Source of the DNA: Opitutaceae bacterium
Lineage (GTDB): Bacteria; Verrucomicrobiota; Verrucomicrobiia; Opitutales; Opitutaceae
Direction of reading: 5' to 3'
NCBI GenBank assembly: GCA_023269565.1
Contig: JAHFTD010000003.1
Span: 5,540-69,539, forward strand
DNA length: 64,000 bases
Made by a program: the position numbers and the translations under genes. Below are positions 39,484-48,731 of the stretch, one piece after another. The notes beneath the pieces were generated by a model. That model did no database searches, was not told the origin of the DNA, and saw nothing but the letters and a program-made list of their open reading frames with translations. Within the stretch, counting starts at the first letter, position 1. Every line of letters begins with the position of its first letter.

Positions 39484-40169
39484 AAACCTGCCAGGCAAAA
39501 TCAGGCTTTACGCTGTTCGAGTTGCTCACGGTTCTGGCACTCGTTTCAGTGCTGGCATGGCTCCTGGCCGGCGGGGCTGATTTCGGCGGCGGCCGTGCCG
39601 TCGCGCTTCAGTCAGCCCAGGCCACAGTTGCCAATCTTATCACCGTGGCTCGGACCAAGGCCGCGACCAGCGGGCAGCCGGTGCGTCTGTTGCTGCAGAT
39701 TGATCCGGCGAGCACGGTGCAACCGGTCCGCTACCTCCGCTATCTTGTGCTGCAGATTCAAAATGGCACCGGTTGGCAGGCGCTCGCCGAGGATTATCTG
39801 CCGCCGGGTGTCTATGTAGTTCCGCCTGCCTTTGCGGCCAATGTATCCGGGCTGTTCGCCGAAGGGGTGAGCAGATGGTTGAAGTCGGACGGCTCCGCTC
39901 TGCGCTCCAATGCTTTTCACAGCGACCAGGTCACCAGCGAAGCGATCACCGGCGGGGGCGTTGAGCAATGGGTCAGTCTGAATTTTTCCCCCTACGGAAA
40001 CATCGGCCTAGCCGGCCAGATCGTGCTCGCCACGGGCCGACCACGGCCGCCCGGTTCCTATGCAACCGGCGACGCGCCGGTCATGCTGGATAATGCCGAG
40101 GCAGTGCGCGGTCTGGCGATCAGCGCGTATGGGGTGCCGGCACTTTTAGCCGGACGGGCCAGTTTTTAA
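39480..40169 (+). CDS. minor pseudopilin (prepilin-type N-terminus)
   Basis: The ATG at 39480 forms an ATGA overlap with the upstream stop. MKTCQAKSGFTLFELLTVLALVSVL. Confidence 0.78.
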   Translation: MKTCQAKSGFTLFELLTVLALVSVLAWLLAGGADFGGGRAVALQSAQATVANLITVARTKAATSGQPVRLLLQIDPASTVQPVRYLRYLVLQIQNGTGWQALAEDYLPPGVYVVPPAFAANVSGLFAEGVSRWLKSDGSALRSNAFHSDQVTSEAITGGGVEQWVSLNFSPYGNIGLAGQIVLATGRPRPPGSYATGDAPVMLDNAEAVRGLAISAYGVPALLAGRASF

Positions 40170-40170
40170 A

Positions 40171-40692
40171 ATGCCGGCACAAATGAACAAGAAGGGATTC
40201 ACGCTGCTCGAGGTGGTCATTGCCATCGGCGTCGTTGCCGTCGGGGTCGTAACGGTGCTCGGCTTACTGCCCGCGCTGGGCCGGCAGTCCGCCGGTTCAA
40301 CTGAGGCGATGGCAGCGATGCGCATCACAGACGCACTGCGCGTAGAGGTGCGCCGGCTGGCCGCCACAGAGGGCTGGGATGCGCTAGCCGGCAGACTGCC
40401 CATCATGGGTGCTTCCTTGGCCGACGGCTACCAGTTGGCCGCCCTGCGCGATGGCGGTGCCCTGCACTCATTGACCGATCCGCCGGCGTCCGCCGTGATA
40501 GCTCCCGAGCGCCAGTTTTTCTTGATCGAGGTCTGGCGCTTTGCCTCTCCGCCGCTCGCCTACGAACCGGGGGCGCCGCTGCTGGCGGTGCATGCCCGAA
40601 TCTCGTGGCCGTATCGCATCCCCGGGTCGGCCATGATCATCCCGTTGGCCAATCGCGAGCAGCTCGCCTGCAACGTGAGTCTCCTGCGATGA
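40171..40692 (+). CDS. minor pseudopilin (prepilin-type N-terminus)
   Basis: 173 aa. MPAQMNKKGFTLLEVVIAIGVVAVG. Starts 1 nt after the upstream stop. Confidence 0.8.
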   Translation: MPAQMNKKGFTLLEVVIAIGVVAVGVVTVLGLLPALGRQSAGSTEAMAAMRITDALRVEVRRLAATEGWDALAGRLPIMGASLADGYQLAALRDGGALHSLTDPPASAVIAPERQFFLIEVWRFASPPLAYEPGAPLLAVHARISWPYRIPGSAMIIPLANREQLACNVSLLR

Positions 40693-41696
40693 ATGCCGCC
40701 CGTCCGCATGCGGGTTTCACCTTGCTCGAATTGCTCGCAGCCGTGGCCAGCGGCCTGGTGCTGACGGGGGCCGTGCTGGCAGTGACCGCCGGCACACTGG
40801 ATCTGTGGCGGCGCGTCCAGGACGGTTTCACGGCGGAGGCACAGGCGAAAATTGTGCTCGACCACCTCGCGCGCGACTTGCAGGCGGCGGTTTTCCAGCC
40901 CGATGGCCAGACGTGGCTGGCTGCGGATATTTTGCAGTCCGCCGCGAGTCTTGCCAACCACGGTTGGCTGGCGTCTCCGGGGCTGATGAAACCGGCGACG
41001 GCGGAGAGCAGACGCTATTTCTCGACGGCCGGTGCCGATGACGTCATGAATATCGCCGGCGCCCGCTTCGGCTTGTCGGGCGTCTGGCTGCGACTGGTGA
41101 CAAGCAACGTCGAAGCCGGCGGCAGTCTGCCGGTCACGGTTTCCTACCAGCTTGTGCGCCGGCCGCTCAGTGGAGGAATTTCCACCGGCAATCCCGCGGA
41201 TGTCCGCTACACCTTGTTTCGTTCGGCCGTGGCGACCGACCAGACCTTTATCAACGGCTACGATGTGCTCGCCGCCGCTTACCGCAGCACCTCCGGCCAG
41301 CCCGGACTCGCCCGGCAGCCGCCAACTCTCACGAATCCGCACACGACCAACGACGCCCTCGCCACCAACGTTGTCGACTTCGGAGTCTGGCTTTTTGTGC
41401 GAAACCCCGACGGCAGCCTGCGTCGGATTTTCCCGGCAAGCGAAACCGACGACACGCATGCCGCCCGCGGGACGCCATCTGCCGACGACGCGAGCCGGTT
41501 TCCGGACATCGCGCTGGCGATGCTGCGCATCCTCACGGAACAGGGCGCGACCCTGATTGCTGCCATGGAGAATCCCGGCAGCGGCGTAGTCCGGCCGGCG
41601 CAATACGCCAGCGATGCCGAGTGGTGGTGGGCGGTTGTCGAGGCCAACTCGCGGGTATTTGTCCAGCAATTGGAAATCCAGACTGCACCGCCATGA
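40689..41696 (+). CDS. minor pseudopilin, GspJ/PulJ-like size class
   Basis: The ATG at 40689 forms an ATGA overlap. MNAARPHAGFTLLELLAAVASGLVL. 335 aa. Confidence 0.78.
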   Translation: MNAARPHAGFTLLELLAAVASGLVLTGAVLAVTAGTLDLWRRVQDGFTAEAQAKIVLDHLARDLQAAVFQPDGQTWLAADILQSAASLANHGWLASPGLMKPATAESRRYFSTAGADDVMNIAGARFGLSGVWLRLVTSNVEAGGSLPVTVSYQLVRRPLSGGISTGNPADVRYTLFRSAVATDQTFINGYDVLAAAYRSTSGQPGLARQPPTLTNPHTTNDALATNVVDFGVWLFVRNPDGSLRRIFPASETDDTHAARGTPSADDASRFPDIALAMLRILTEQGATLIAAMENPGSGVVRPAQYASDAEWWWAVVEANSRVFVQQLEIQTAPP

Positions 41697-42985
41697 ATCG
41701 AACGCCTGGCCAACGTCCGAAACGCGGCTTTGTGCTCATCCTGACACTCGCGTTGCTGGGGTTACTCGTGCTGGCAGTTCTTGCCCTGAGCGGGCTGGTC
41801 CGGGCCGGCGGCCAGCTGGCCGCGACGGGAGTCAGGCAAATGCAGGCCCGGCAGAACGCGCTGCTCGGTCTCAACGTGGCACTCGGCGAACTGCAACGCC
41901 GGGCAGGGGAGGATAACCGCGTGACCGCCATGGCCGGGGTCACGGGGATTGGCGCGGGGGCCGGCAACGTCACCCGGCATTGGTGCGGAGTATGGACGGA
42001 CAGCGGGGATTTTCTGGGCTGGCTCAGTTCGGGCGCGCAAGCGGGTGGGGCGCCCGCCATCCAAGCGGGTGTGCCGCAAGTCAAGCTCGCCGCCGACGGA
42101 TCAGTCGGGGCGAATTCCAGCAACTCCGAGCACGTGATGGTAGGCAAGCTGCCCATCACTGTGCCGGATGTGACGGGTTCGACGAGCACAGGGGGACGCT
42201 ACGCCTATTGGGTCGCGGACGAAGGCGTGAAAGTCAGCGCTTACACACCTGAGAATCCGCCGCCGATCAGCATCGGAGTGACGCCGCGGTTGTTCAGTTC
42301 CTCGGCGACCTCGGCGCAGGGTCGCTTGCTCGGCGCGCTGACCACCTACTCGGCACGACTGCCGCGCATCCTCGCATATGAGCAGCTTCGCCTGCTGCCG
42401 GTGCCCACGGCCGCCGCACTTACTGCAGGGACGATTCACGACAACTTTCATCAGGTCACACTTTCCAGCTTGCGGCTGACGGCGGGAGAGCTGCGTTCCG
42501 GCGTTTTCAACCTCAACACCAACTCGACCATCGTCTGGCGGAGCATCGTGGGCACTTACAATCTTGCGGGCACTGGCCCGTTGCTCGACTCCGCCCAGAT
42601 ATCCGGCATCGGGGCCGTGTTGGCCAACGGTCTCGCTGGCGCTACCGCGGCGAATAAGGCCACCGGCGGGCCTTTTCTCTCCGTGGACGGCTTTGCGGGC
42701 AGTGCCTTGCTGGCCGGCGCGCTTAATGGCAGCGGTGTGACACCGGGGCAGTTCATCACGGGCCTTGGTCTGTTGCTTGGAGTGCGGTCCGATACCTTTA
42801 GAATTCGCGCCTATGGCGAGGCGCTGAATCCCGCCGATCCGGCGAAGACCGAGGCGGTCGCTTACTGCGAAGCCATCGTCCAACGCATGCCCGGGCCCGG
42901 TCCGGGTGGCACGGGCCGGCGCTTTGCCATTATCCACTTCCGCTGGCTGGCGGCTGATGCGCCACCGCTGAACGACGACGTCTAG
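41693..42985 (+). CDS. GspK-like large minor pseudopilin (no Glu5)
   Basis: The ATG at 41693 forms an ATGA overlap. MNRTPGQRPKRGFVLILTLALLGLLVL has a hydrophobic N-terminus but lacks the conserved Glu, as in GspK. 430 aa. Confidence 0.72.
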   Translation: MNRTPGQRPKRGFVLILTLALLGLLVLAVLALSGLVRAGGQLAATGVRQMQARQNALLGLNVALGELQRRAGEDNRVTAMAGVTGIGAGAGNVTRHWCGVWTDSGDFLGWLSSGAQAGGAPAIQAGVPQVKLAADGSVGANSSNSEHVMVGKLPITVPDVTGSTSTGGRYAYWVADEGVKVSAYTPENPPPISIGVTPRLFSSSATSAQGRLLGALTTYSARLPRILAYEQLRLLPVPTAAALTAGTIHDNFHQVTLSSLRLTAGELRSGVFNLNTNSTIVWRSIVGTYNLAGTGPLLDSAQISGIGAVLANGLAGATAANKATGGPFLSVDGFAGSALLAGALNGSGVTPGQFITGLGLLLGVRSDTFRIRAYGEALNPADPAKTEAVAYCEAIVQRMPGPGPGGTGRRFAIIHFRWLAADAPPLNDDV

Positions 42986-43037
42986 AAAATTCTTGTGGAT
43001 TTCCTGGAAAGAATGTGACTTCTTCCGCGTCCCTTCC

Positions 43038-43112
<75 letters not shown>

Positions 43113-43179
43113 ATTTTTTTTTGCGGGCATCGCGTGGTTTTCATTTTACGGCCAGTGTATCTGCCTCCATGTCTGAAGT

Positions 43180-44097
43180 GTGGCGACTGATTCCTACGAC
43201 TTGGTGGTTCTTGCGGCGGGTCTGGGTAGCCGTTTCGGCGGACTCAAGCAGGTGCAGCCGGTCGGACCGGACGGCGAGCTCATCATCGAGTATTCGGTCC
43301 ATGATGCAATGCGGGCTGGGTTTACACGACTCGTGCTGGTCATCCGCCGGGGCATCGAGGCTGACTTCCGCGCGGTTATCGGCCGGCGGCTGGAGTCGCA
43401 GATCGAAGTCAGCTATGTCTATCAGGAGCTCGCTGCGCTGCCGATCGGATTCAGTCCGCCGCCGGGCCGCACCAAACCGTGGGGCACCGGCCAGGCGGTG
43501 CTCGCTGCGCGCACTGCGGTGCGCCGGCCGTTTGCGGTGATCAATGCCGACGATTTCTACGGCGCCGCGGGTTTCCGGGCGCTGGCGGGGCATTTCTGCC
43601 GGCAGACCGCAGCGACTCGACCCGACTACGCGCTGGTGGGTTATCCGTTGCGGCTGACCCTGTCGGAGCATGGCGTCGTGAGCCGCGGTTTGTGCACCAT
43701 CGATACCCACGGCAAACTGGAACGTGTCTCCGAAATTACCGGGATCAGCACGACCGCCACCGGCGCTGTCTATACTGCCGGCGAGGGACAGAGGGTGGAG
43801 TTGAGCGGCGATGAGATCGTCTCAATGAATTTCTGGGGGTTTACTCCGACGGTTTTCGACCAACTCGAAGAACTCTTCAGCGATTTCCTCGCCCGGCAGG
43901 CTTTGGACCTTCGGGCGGAGTTTTATTTGCCCACTGCGATCGACACACTCTGCAAGCACGGAGAAGCCGCTGTGACCGTCCTGCCCAGCGCCGATGCCTG
44001 GTTTGGGCTGACTCATCAGGCCGACCTGGCGTCGGCACGAGGCACACTACGGAGTCTGGTCGCCGCCCGGCATTATTCCGCGCCGCTTTGGCGGTAG
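43180..44097 (+). CDS. sugar-phosphate nucleotidyltransferase family protein
   Basis: 305 aa with a GTG start. N-terminal LVVLAAGLGSRFGGLKQ signature and INADDFYG. Confidence 0.75.
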   Translation: MATDSYDLVVLAAGLGSRFGGLKQVQPVGPDGELIIEYSVHDAMRAGFTRLVLVIRRGIEADFRAVIGRRLESQIEVSYVYQELAALPIGFSPPPGRTKPWGTGQAVLAARTAVRRPFAVINADDFYGAAGFRALAGHFCRQTAATRPDYALVGYPLRLTLSEHGVVSRGLCTIDTHGKLERVSEITGISTTATGAVYTAGEGQRVELSGDEIVSMNFWGFTPTVFDQLEELFSDFLARQALDLRAEFYLPTAIDTLCKHGEAAVTVLPSADAWFGLTHQADLASARGTLRSLVAARHYSAPLWR

Positions 44098-44151
44098 GCT
44101 GACCGCCTCAGGACGCGGGGCTTCTTTCAAAGCACCGGATCGCCGACAATG

Positions 44152-44868
44152 TCAGTCAACAAACAAGGCGACAACGGTTGCATTATCAAATCCGCCGTTC
44201 TCGTTGGCAAAGTCGATCAGATGATGGGCGCAACTTTCCGGATCGGCGGCTTCGCTCGCAATGCGGGCGATATCCGTCATCCGTAAAGCCCGGGACACAC
44301 CGTCCGTGCAGAGCAGAAAGCGGTCGCCGGGTTGCATGTCCTGGACGGTGAATTCGCCGTTGATCGGGGGCGGCTGGCCGATGCAGCGGGTGAGGGCGTT
44401 GCGATGCTCCGCGAGTATGGTCGGGGGCGTGGTGCCGGCCGCCAGGCGCGCGCGCATCTCGTTTTCGAGCGTGTGATCCGTTGTCAGATAGGCGCTCTCG
44501 CCACCGCGGATGCGCAGCAGTGCGCTATCGCCGACATGGAACACATGCAGTTGGCCGTTGCGGGCGTGCATGCCGGTCAAGGTTGTGCCGATGCCGTGCC
44601 GGGCGCTGATAATCTGGCCGAGGAGAAATACACGGTCGTTAACTTCGTCCAGACAGTGGCGGTAATTGACGGTCGCAGGATCGGCGATGGCCTCCACCGA
44701 CTCGCGCAGGACGGCCACGGCCAGTTGGCTGGCCTGAGCGCCTTCGGGCAGTCCGCCAATACCGTCCGCAACGACGTAGAGTCGTTGCTTGTCGTCGCAT
44801 AAAAAACTGTCCTCGTTTTCCGGACGAACACGTCCGATGTCAGAGAGGGCGAAGGAGCGTAATATCAT
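44152..44868 (-). CDS. PP2C-family Ser/Thr protein phosphatase
   Basis: Trimmed to MILRSFALSDIGRVRPENEDSF. VVADGIGG, LLCTDGV, DNATVVAL. Confidence 0.85.
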   Translation of the reverse strand: MILRSFALSDIGRVRPENEDSFLCDDKQRLYVVADGIGGLPEGAQASQLAVAVLRESVEAIADPATVNYRHCLDEVNDRVFLLGQIISARHGIGTTLTGMHARNGQLHVFHVGDSALLRIRGGESAYLTTDHTLENEMRARLAAGTTPPTILAEHRNALTRCIGQPPPINGEFTVQDMQPGDRFLLCTDGVSRALRMTDIARIASEAADPESCAHHLIDFANENGGFDNATVVALFVD

Positions 44869-45084
44869 TAAAAGGTCAAAGCGTAGAGTGACCGCGCAAG
44901 GAATGGAAAGGGCCAAAAAGACTTTCGCCAGATATTAATGTCAAGCAGGTGTGTAATTGCGGCAAATCCCTGCGAGATTCAGCTGAGAAGCTGCCAGCAT
45001 GAGACGGTCTTTTAGTCCGGATAACGCAGCTACTACACGTTCCCGCGGCTGGAAACCGCAAACGGACAGGGAGCGGTCTACACG

Positions 45085-45108
45085 GCCTCGCAAATCTATT
45101 TGCGAGGC
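45085..45108. promoter_or_regulatory. perfect palindrome (11-bp arms, 2-bp spacer), candidate operator upstream of the P1B ATPase
   Basis: gcctcgcaaat-ct-atttgcgaggc ends 26 nt before the ATG at 45135. It lies in the 266-bp lower-GC divergent intergenic region. Confidence 0.45.
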
Positions 45109-45134
45109 AGGCGCATCGGGACTTTGCTGCCAAT

Positions 45135-47372
45135 ATGTCTGCTCCAGTTCACCAACCTGCCAACTGGACGGATGACCTCATCCGCTTCCTGCGGGAACAG
45201 CCCGGGGTAGCAGCGTTGCGGGTGAATCCACAGGAGCGCACCGTGGTGGTGGCGACGCTGGGGCAGATTGATGTTGCGGCGATGCAGGCAAAGCTGGTGG
45301 AGGTGCTCCGGGCGGTCGAGCAGCGCATTGCCGAGAACAAGGTGGGGATAGTCCGACCCGAGGGCTTTGTTATCCGCCAATCTGGAGACGTGACGACCCT
45401 TGAGCGTCCGACCTGTGCAACGGCGCCGAAACTCTGGTTGTGGCGTGAGTTCATCTGGCCTGAGCCCGCGACCCCGGAGCCGGCAACTCCCGAGTGGCGT
45501 CTGCTCGCCACCTTGGCGGCGGTCTGTGGTGTGGCCGGCCTCGGCGCCTTTGCGTTGGAATATCTGGCCGTGGGATCCGCTTTCGTCGTCAAGGGTTTAT
45601 ATCTGCTGGCCGTCGTCGCGGGCGGATGGGACGCCGCCATCGATGCCTGGGAGCATGTGCGACGCTGGAAGCTGGACATCCATTTCCTTATGCTGGCGGT
45701 GGCGCTCGGGGCGATCCTCGTGGGCGCCTGGGGCGAGGCGGCGCTGCTGTTGTTCCTCTTCTCCGCGTCCGGCGCGATGGAGGAATACGCGCTCGACCGC
45801 ACGCACCGCGAGGTGTCCGCCCTGCTGCACACGGCGCCGAAGCTGGCCATGGTGCTCGGGCCCGACGGCGAGCAGCGGGTCGTGCGCGCGGAAGACCTGC
45901 GGCTGGGCGACCGTCTGCTGGTGAAGCCCGGCGATATGTTCGCCGCCGACGGTGAGGTGGTGAAAGGGCAGTCGTCCAGTGACGAGTCGACCCTCACCGG
46001 CGAATCGGTCCCGGTCGAGAAGAGCGTCGGTTCACCGATCTTCAGTGGCACGATCAACCTTCTCGGTGTGCTCGAGGTGAATGTCTTGCGTCTCTCCGCG
46101 GAGAGCACGCTGCAAAAGATCATCCGCCTGATCCAGACGGCGCAGAAGCTGCGCGCGCCGAGCGAGCGCCTGACGGACAAATTCGGCGCCGGCTACACCA
46201 TCGGTGTGCTCGGTCTGACCGCGCTGATGTTTTTCGTCTGGTGGCAGGGGTTCGGAATCCCGGCCTTCCGCAACGAACCGGGGCAATTCTCCGCCTTCTA
46301 CCGTGCCATGACCCTGCTGGTCGTCGCCAGCCCGTGCGCTCTAGTGCTGTCCATTCCTTCCGCGATTCTTGCCGCCATTGCCTGGGGTGCCCGGCACGGC
46401 ATTCTCTTCCGGGGCGGCGCGGCTATCGAGAAACTGGCCGAAGTCGACGTCGTGGCACTCGACAAGACCGGCACGCTGACCACTGGCGAGCTGGCGCTGA
46501 TCTCCTGCGAAAGTTTCCCGGCCGGCCGCGAATCGGAGGTGCTGGAACTGGCCTACGCCTTGGAAAAAAACTCCACCCATCCGATCGCCCGCGCCATCAC
46601 TCAGCACGCCCGGCGGAGCGGGGTGCGTGTCCGCGAAGTGGAGGCCTTTGAGTCCCTCACCGGACAAGGCCTGCGCGGCCGCGTGGGCGAAAATACCGCA
46701 ATCCTCGGCCGCCGCGAACTGATCGCGGCGGGACCCTTTGCCCGTTGGCTCGACCAGATGCCGCCGGCCGATCCGGAGTATTCCGAGGTGTGGGTGCTCG
46801 CCGAGGGGTTGCTCGGCCGGTTGCTGCTCAAGGACCAGCTCCGCCCGCAATCGCGCGATGTGCTGGCCCGGCTGAAAACCGATGGCATCACCACCGTCAT
46901 GCTCACCGGCGACCGGCGCCATACCGCCGAGTCGGTCGCGCGTGAACTGGGTGTCAGCGAGGTCCGCGCAGGGCTCTCACCCGAGGATAAAGTCGCGGTG
47001 GTAGACGGATTCCGGCAACTCGGCCACAAGGTCGCGATGGTCGGCGATGGCGTGAACGACGCCCCGAGTCTTGCCGCGGCTTACGTCTCCGTAGCCATGG
47101 GCGCCCGCGGCAGCGATGCGGCGCTGGAACAAAGCGAGGTCGTGCTGATGAACGACCGCATTGAGAATTTCCTAGCCGCCCTGCAGCTGAGCAGGCGCGC
47201 CCGTCGGATCATTCGGGAAAACCTGTTCATCTCCCTTGGCACCGTGGCGGTGATGGTGACGACCTCGCTCTTTGGCTTTGTTCCTCTCAGCGTGGGCGTG
47301 CTGGTGCACGAGGGCAGCACGCTCGTAGTATGCATCAACTCGCTGCGGTTGCTCCTCGGGCAGAATCGCTAA
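45135..47372 (+). CDS. heavy-metal-translocating P1B-type ATPase (SPC / HEGST signature)
   Basis: 745 aa. DKTGTLT, MLTGD, GDGVNDAP. The TM metal motif is SPC (VVASPCALVLS) and the last TM carries HEGST. Confidence 0.9.
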   Translation: MSAPVHQPANWTDDLIRFLREQPGVAALRVNPQERTVVVATLGQIDVAAMQAKLVEVLRAVEQRIAENKVGIVRPEGFVIRQSGDVTTLERPTCATAPKLWLWREFIWPEPATPEPATPEWRLLATLAAVCGVAGLGAFALEYLAVGSAFVVKGLYLLAVVAGGWDAAIDAWEHVRRWKLDIHFLMLAVALGAILVGAWGEAALLLFLFSASGAMEEYALDRTHREVSALLHTAPKLAMVLGPDGEQRVVRAEDLRLGDRLLVKPGDMFAADGEVVKGQSSSDESTLTGESVPVEKSVGSPIFSGTINLLGVLEVNVLRLSAESTLQKIIRLIQTAQKLRAPSERLTDKFGAGYTIGVLGLTALMFFVWWQGFGIPAFRNEPGQFSAFYRAMTLLVVASPCALVLSIPSAILAAIAWGARHGILFRGGAAIEKLAEVDVVALDKTGTLTTGELALISCESFPAGRESEVLELAYALEKNSTHPIARAITQHARRSGVRVREVEAFESLTGQGLRGRVGENTAILGRRELIAAGPFARWLDQMPPADPEYSEVWVLAEGLLGRLLLKDQLRPQSRDVLARLKTDGITTVMLTGDRRHTAESVARELGVSEVRAGLSPEDKVAVVDGFRQLGHKVAMVGDGVNDAPSLAAAYVSVAMGARGSDAALEQSEVVLMNDRIENFLAALQLSRRARRIIRENLFISLGTVAVMVTTSLFGFVPLSVGVLVHEGSTLVVCINSLRLLLGQNR

Positions 47373-47475
47373 CGAATTGATCCAGCCTTTCCGCTTGCTG
47401 GCGGGCACATCCGGACTATGCAATCGGGCCCTAACCCCCTTGAAACAATGGAGGATATTCGGCGTCTTAATCCCC

Positions 47476-47952
47476 ATGAACATCCCGCGCACTCGGCTCG
47501 TCCTTCTGCTGGCCGCCACTCTGGCGGCCAGCGGCTGCACCTTTCCGTCCAGCAAGACTGTTGTGCCAGCCAAACAGGCCAACCAAATTCAATCTTCGGA
47601 GCGCGGCACGGTCCTCAAGGTGCGGACGGTGACCATCGAGGGCCGGCGCTCCCATCTTGGGCCCTACGCTGGCGCGGTGATCGGGGGGGCCGCCGCCCTG
47701 CCGAAAGGCGGGGCTACGACCACGGGCAAGGCCTTGGGTGTTGCCGCTGCCTCAACCGTGGGCGCAATCGTCGGGGAAGGTGCGGAGGAATACCTCACGC
47801 GCCGGAATGCGCAGGAGATCACGGTCGAGCTGAAGAATGGTGACGTGGTCGTAATCGTCCAGGAGTCGCCGCCGGAATATCAGGCCGGTGACCGGGTCGA
47901 GGTGATTCATGGCCAGGGTGGGGCGCGGGTCGTGCTGGCGACGGGACCCTGA
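47476..47952 (+). CDS. SlyB-like glycine-zipper outer-membrane lipoprotein
   Basis: Trimmed to MNIPRTRLVLLLAATLAASGC (lipobox). Gly-zipper GAVIGGAAAL...AASTVGAIVGEG. Confidence 0.8.
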   Translation: MNIPRTRLVLLLAATLAASGCTFPSSKTVVPAKQANQIQSSERGTVLKVRTVTIEGRRSHLGPYAGAVIGGAAALPKGGATTTGKALGVAAASTVGAIVGEGAEEYLTRRNAQEITVELKNGDVVVIVQESPPEYQAGDRVEVIHGQGGARVVLATGP

Positions 47953-47994
47953 ACTGTCGCTGTTCTTTCCGTCCGCCCCGTCGAGCCGGGCCGC

Positions 47995-48603
47995 TCAATC
48001 CTCCAGCCACACGAGGTCGCCTGTGCGCACCTGGTCGAACAGCCCGATGATCTCTAGGTTGTTCATCTCGATGCAGCCGCCGCTAAAAGGTGTGCCGAGC
48101 CGCTCTTCATGGTTGGTGCCGTGGATATAAATGTAGCGGCCGTGGCTGTCGACGTTGCCCCCGGCGTTGTGGCCCGGCTCCAGTCCGCGCAGCCAAAGGA
48201 TCCGCGTAGTGATAAGGTTGGCCTGCTGCTCCTGCTCGTTGAATTCGAAATAATGCTGGCCGGTGTTGACCCGCGCCTTGAAGACAATGCCGGGCGGAAG
48301 GCCCGCGCCGATTTTTTCCGCAATCTCGTGCAGTCCGCGCGGTGTGCCGAGAGAGTCGCGCAGATTGGACGGCGGTCGCAGCGAGGTGGAGACGACATAC
48401 GACTTCACAAGAACGCCGTCGCGGTAAAAACCGAGCAGTTGCCGGGCAATGGACACGACCAGCACCCGCACCGGAGCTTTCAGGCTGAGTGCGGTCCATC
48501 TTTCACAGGCGTGCTCGAGGCTGTCGATCATTGGCAGGTGGTGCGCGGCATGGTCGATGACGCCTGCGGTCACGGTCAAGTGCCCTTTGTCCGCCGTTTT
48601 CAC
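47995..48603 (-). CDS. L,D-transpeptidase (YkuD) domain protein
   Basis: 202 aa. Catalytic motif IHGTNHEERLGTPFSGGCIEM. GTG start is uncertain and no obvious signal peptide is seen. Confidence 0.8.
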   Translation of the reverse strand: MKTADKGHLTVTAGVIDHAAHHLPMIDSLEHACERWTALSLKAPVRVLVVSIARQLLGFYRDGVLVKSYVVSTSLRPPSNLRDSLGTPRGLHEIAEKIGAGLPPGIVFKARVNTGQHYFEFNEQEQQANLITTRILWLRGLEPGHNAGGNVDSHGRYIYIHGTNHEERLGTPFSGGCIEMNNLEIIGLFDQVRTGDLVWLED

Positions 48604-48644
48604 CCTTGCGACACCGCGGCCGATGTTGCTTAGTCGCCGCTCCC

Positions 48645-48721
48645 GGACGGCTAGCTCAGTTGGTTAGAGCATCTCGTTTACACCGAGGGGGTCGGGGGTT
48701 CGAGTCCCTCGCCGTCCACCA
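48645..48721 (+). tRNA. tRNA-Val (anticodon UAC)
   Basis: Hand-folded. Acceptor ggacggc/gccgtcc, anticodon stem tctcg/cgagg with loop TTTACAC, T-loop ttcgagt, encoded CCA. Confidence 0.9.
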
Positions 48722-48731
48722 TTCTCGTCAG

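Noticed and set aside
45459-45494. Tandem repeat encoding PEPATPEPATPE inside the P1B ATPase
   Set aside because: It is a short in-frame low-complexity linker between the N-terminal domain and the first TM helix. It is not a CRISPR, VNTR-scale or mobile repeat, and is mentioned only within the ATPase finding.
43113-48644. Possible genomic island between tRNA-CAU and tRNA-Val
   Set aside because: No integrase, transposase, direct repeat of a tRNA 3' end, or clear compositional shift was seen. The genes (nucleotidyltransferase, PP2C, metal ATPase, lipoprotein, L,D-transpeptidase) look like ordinary chromosomal content.
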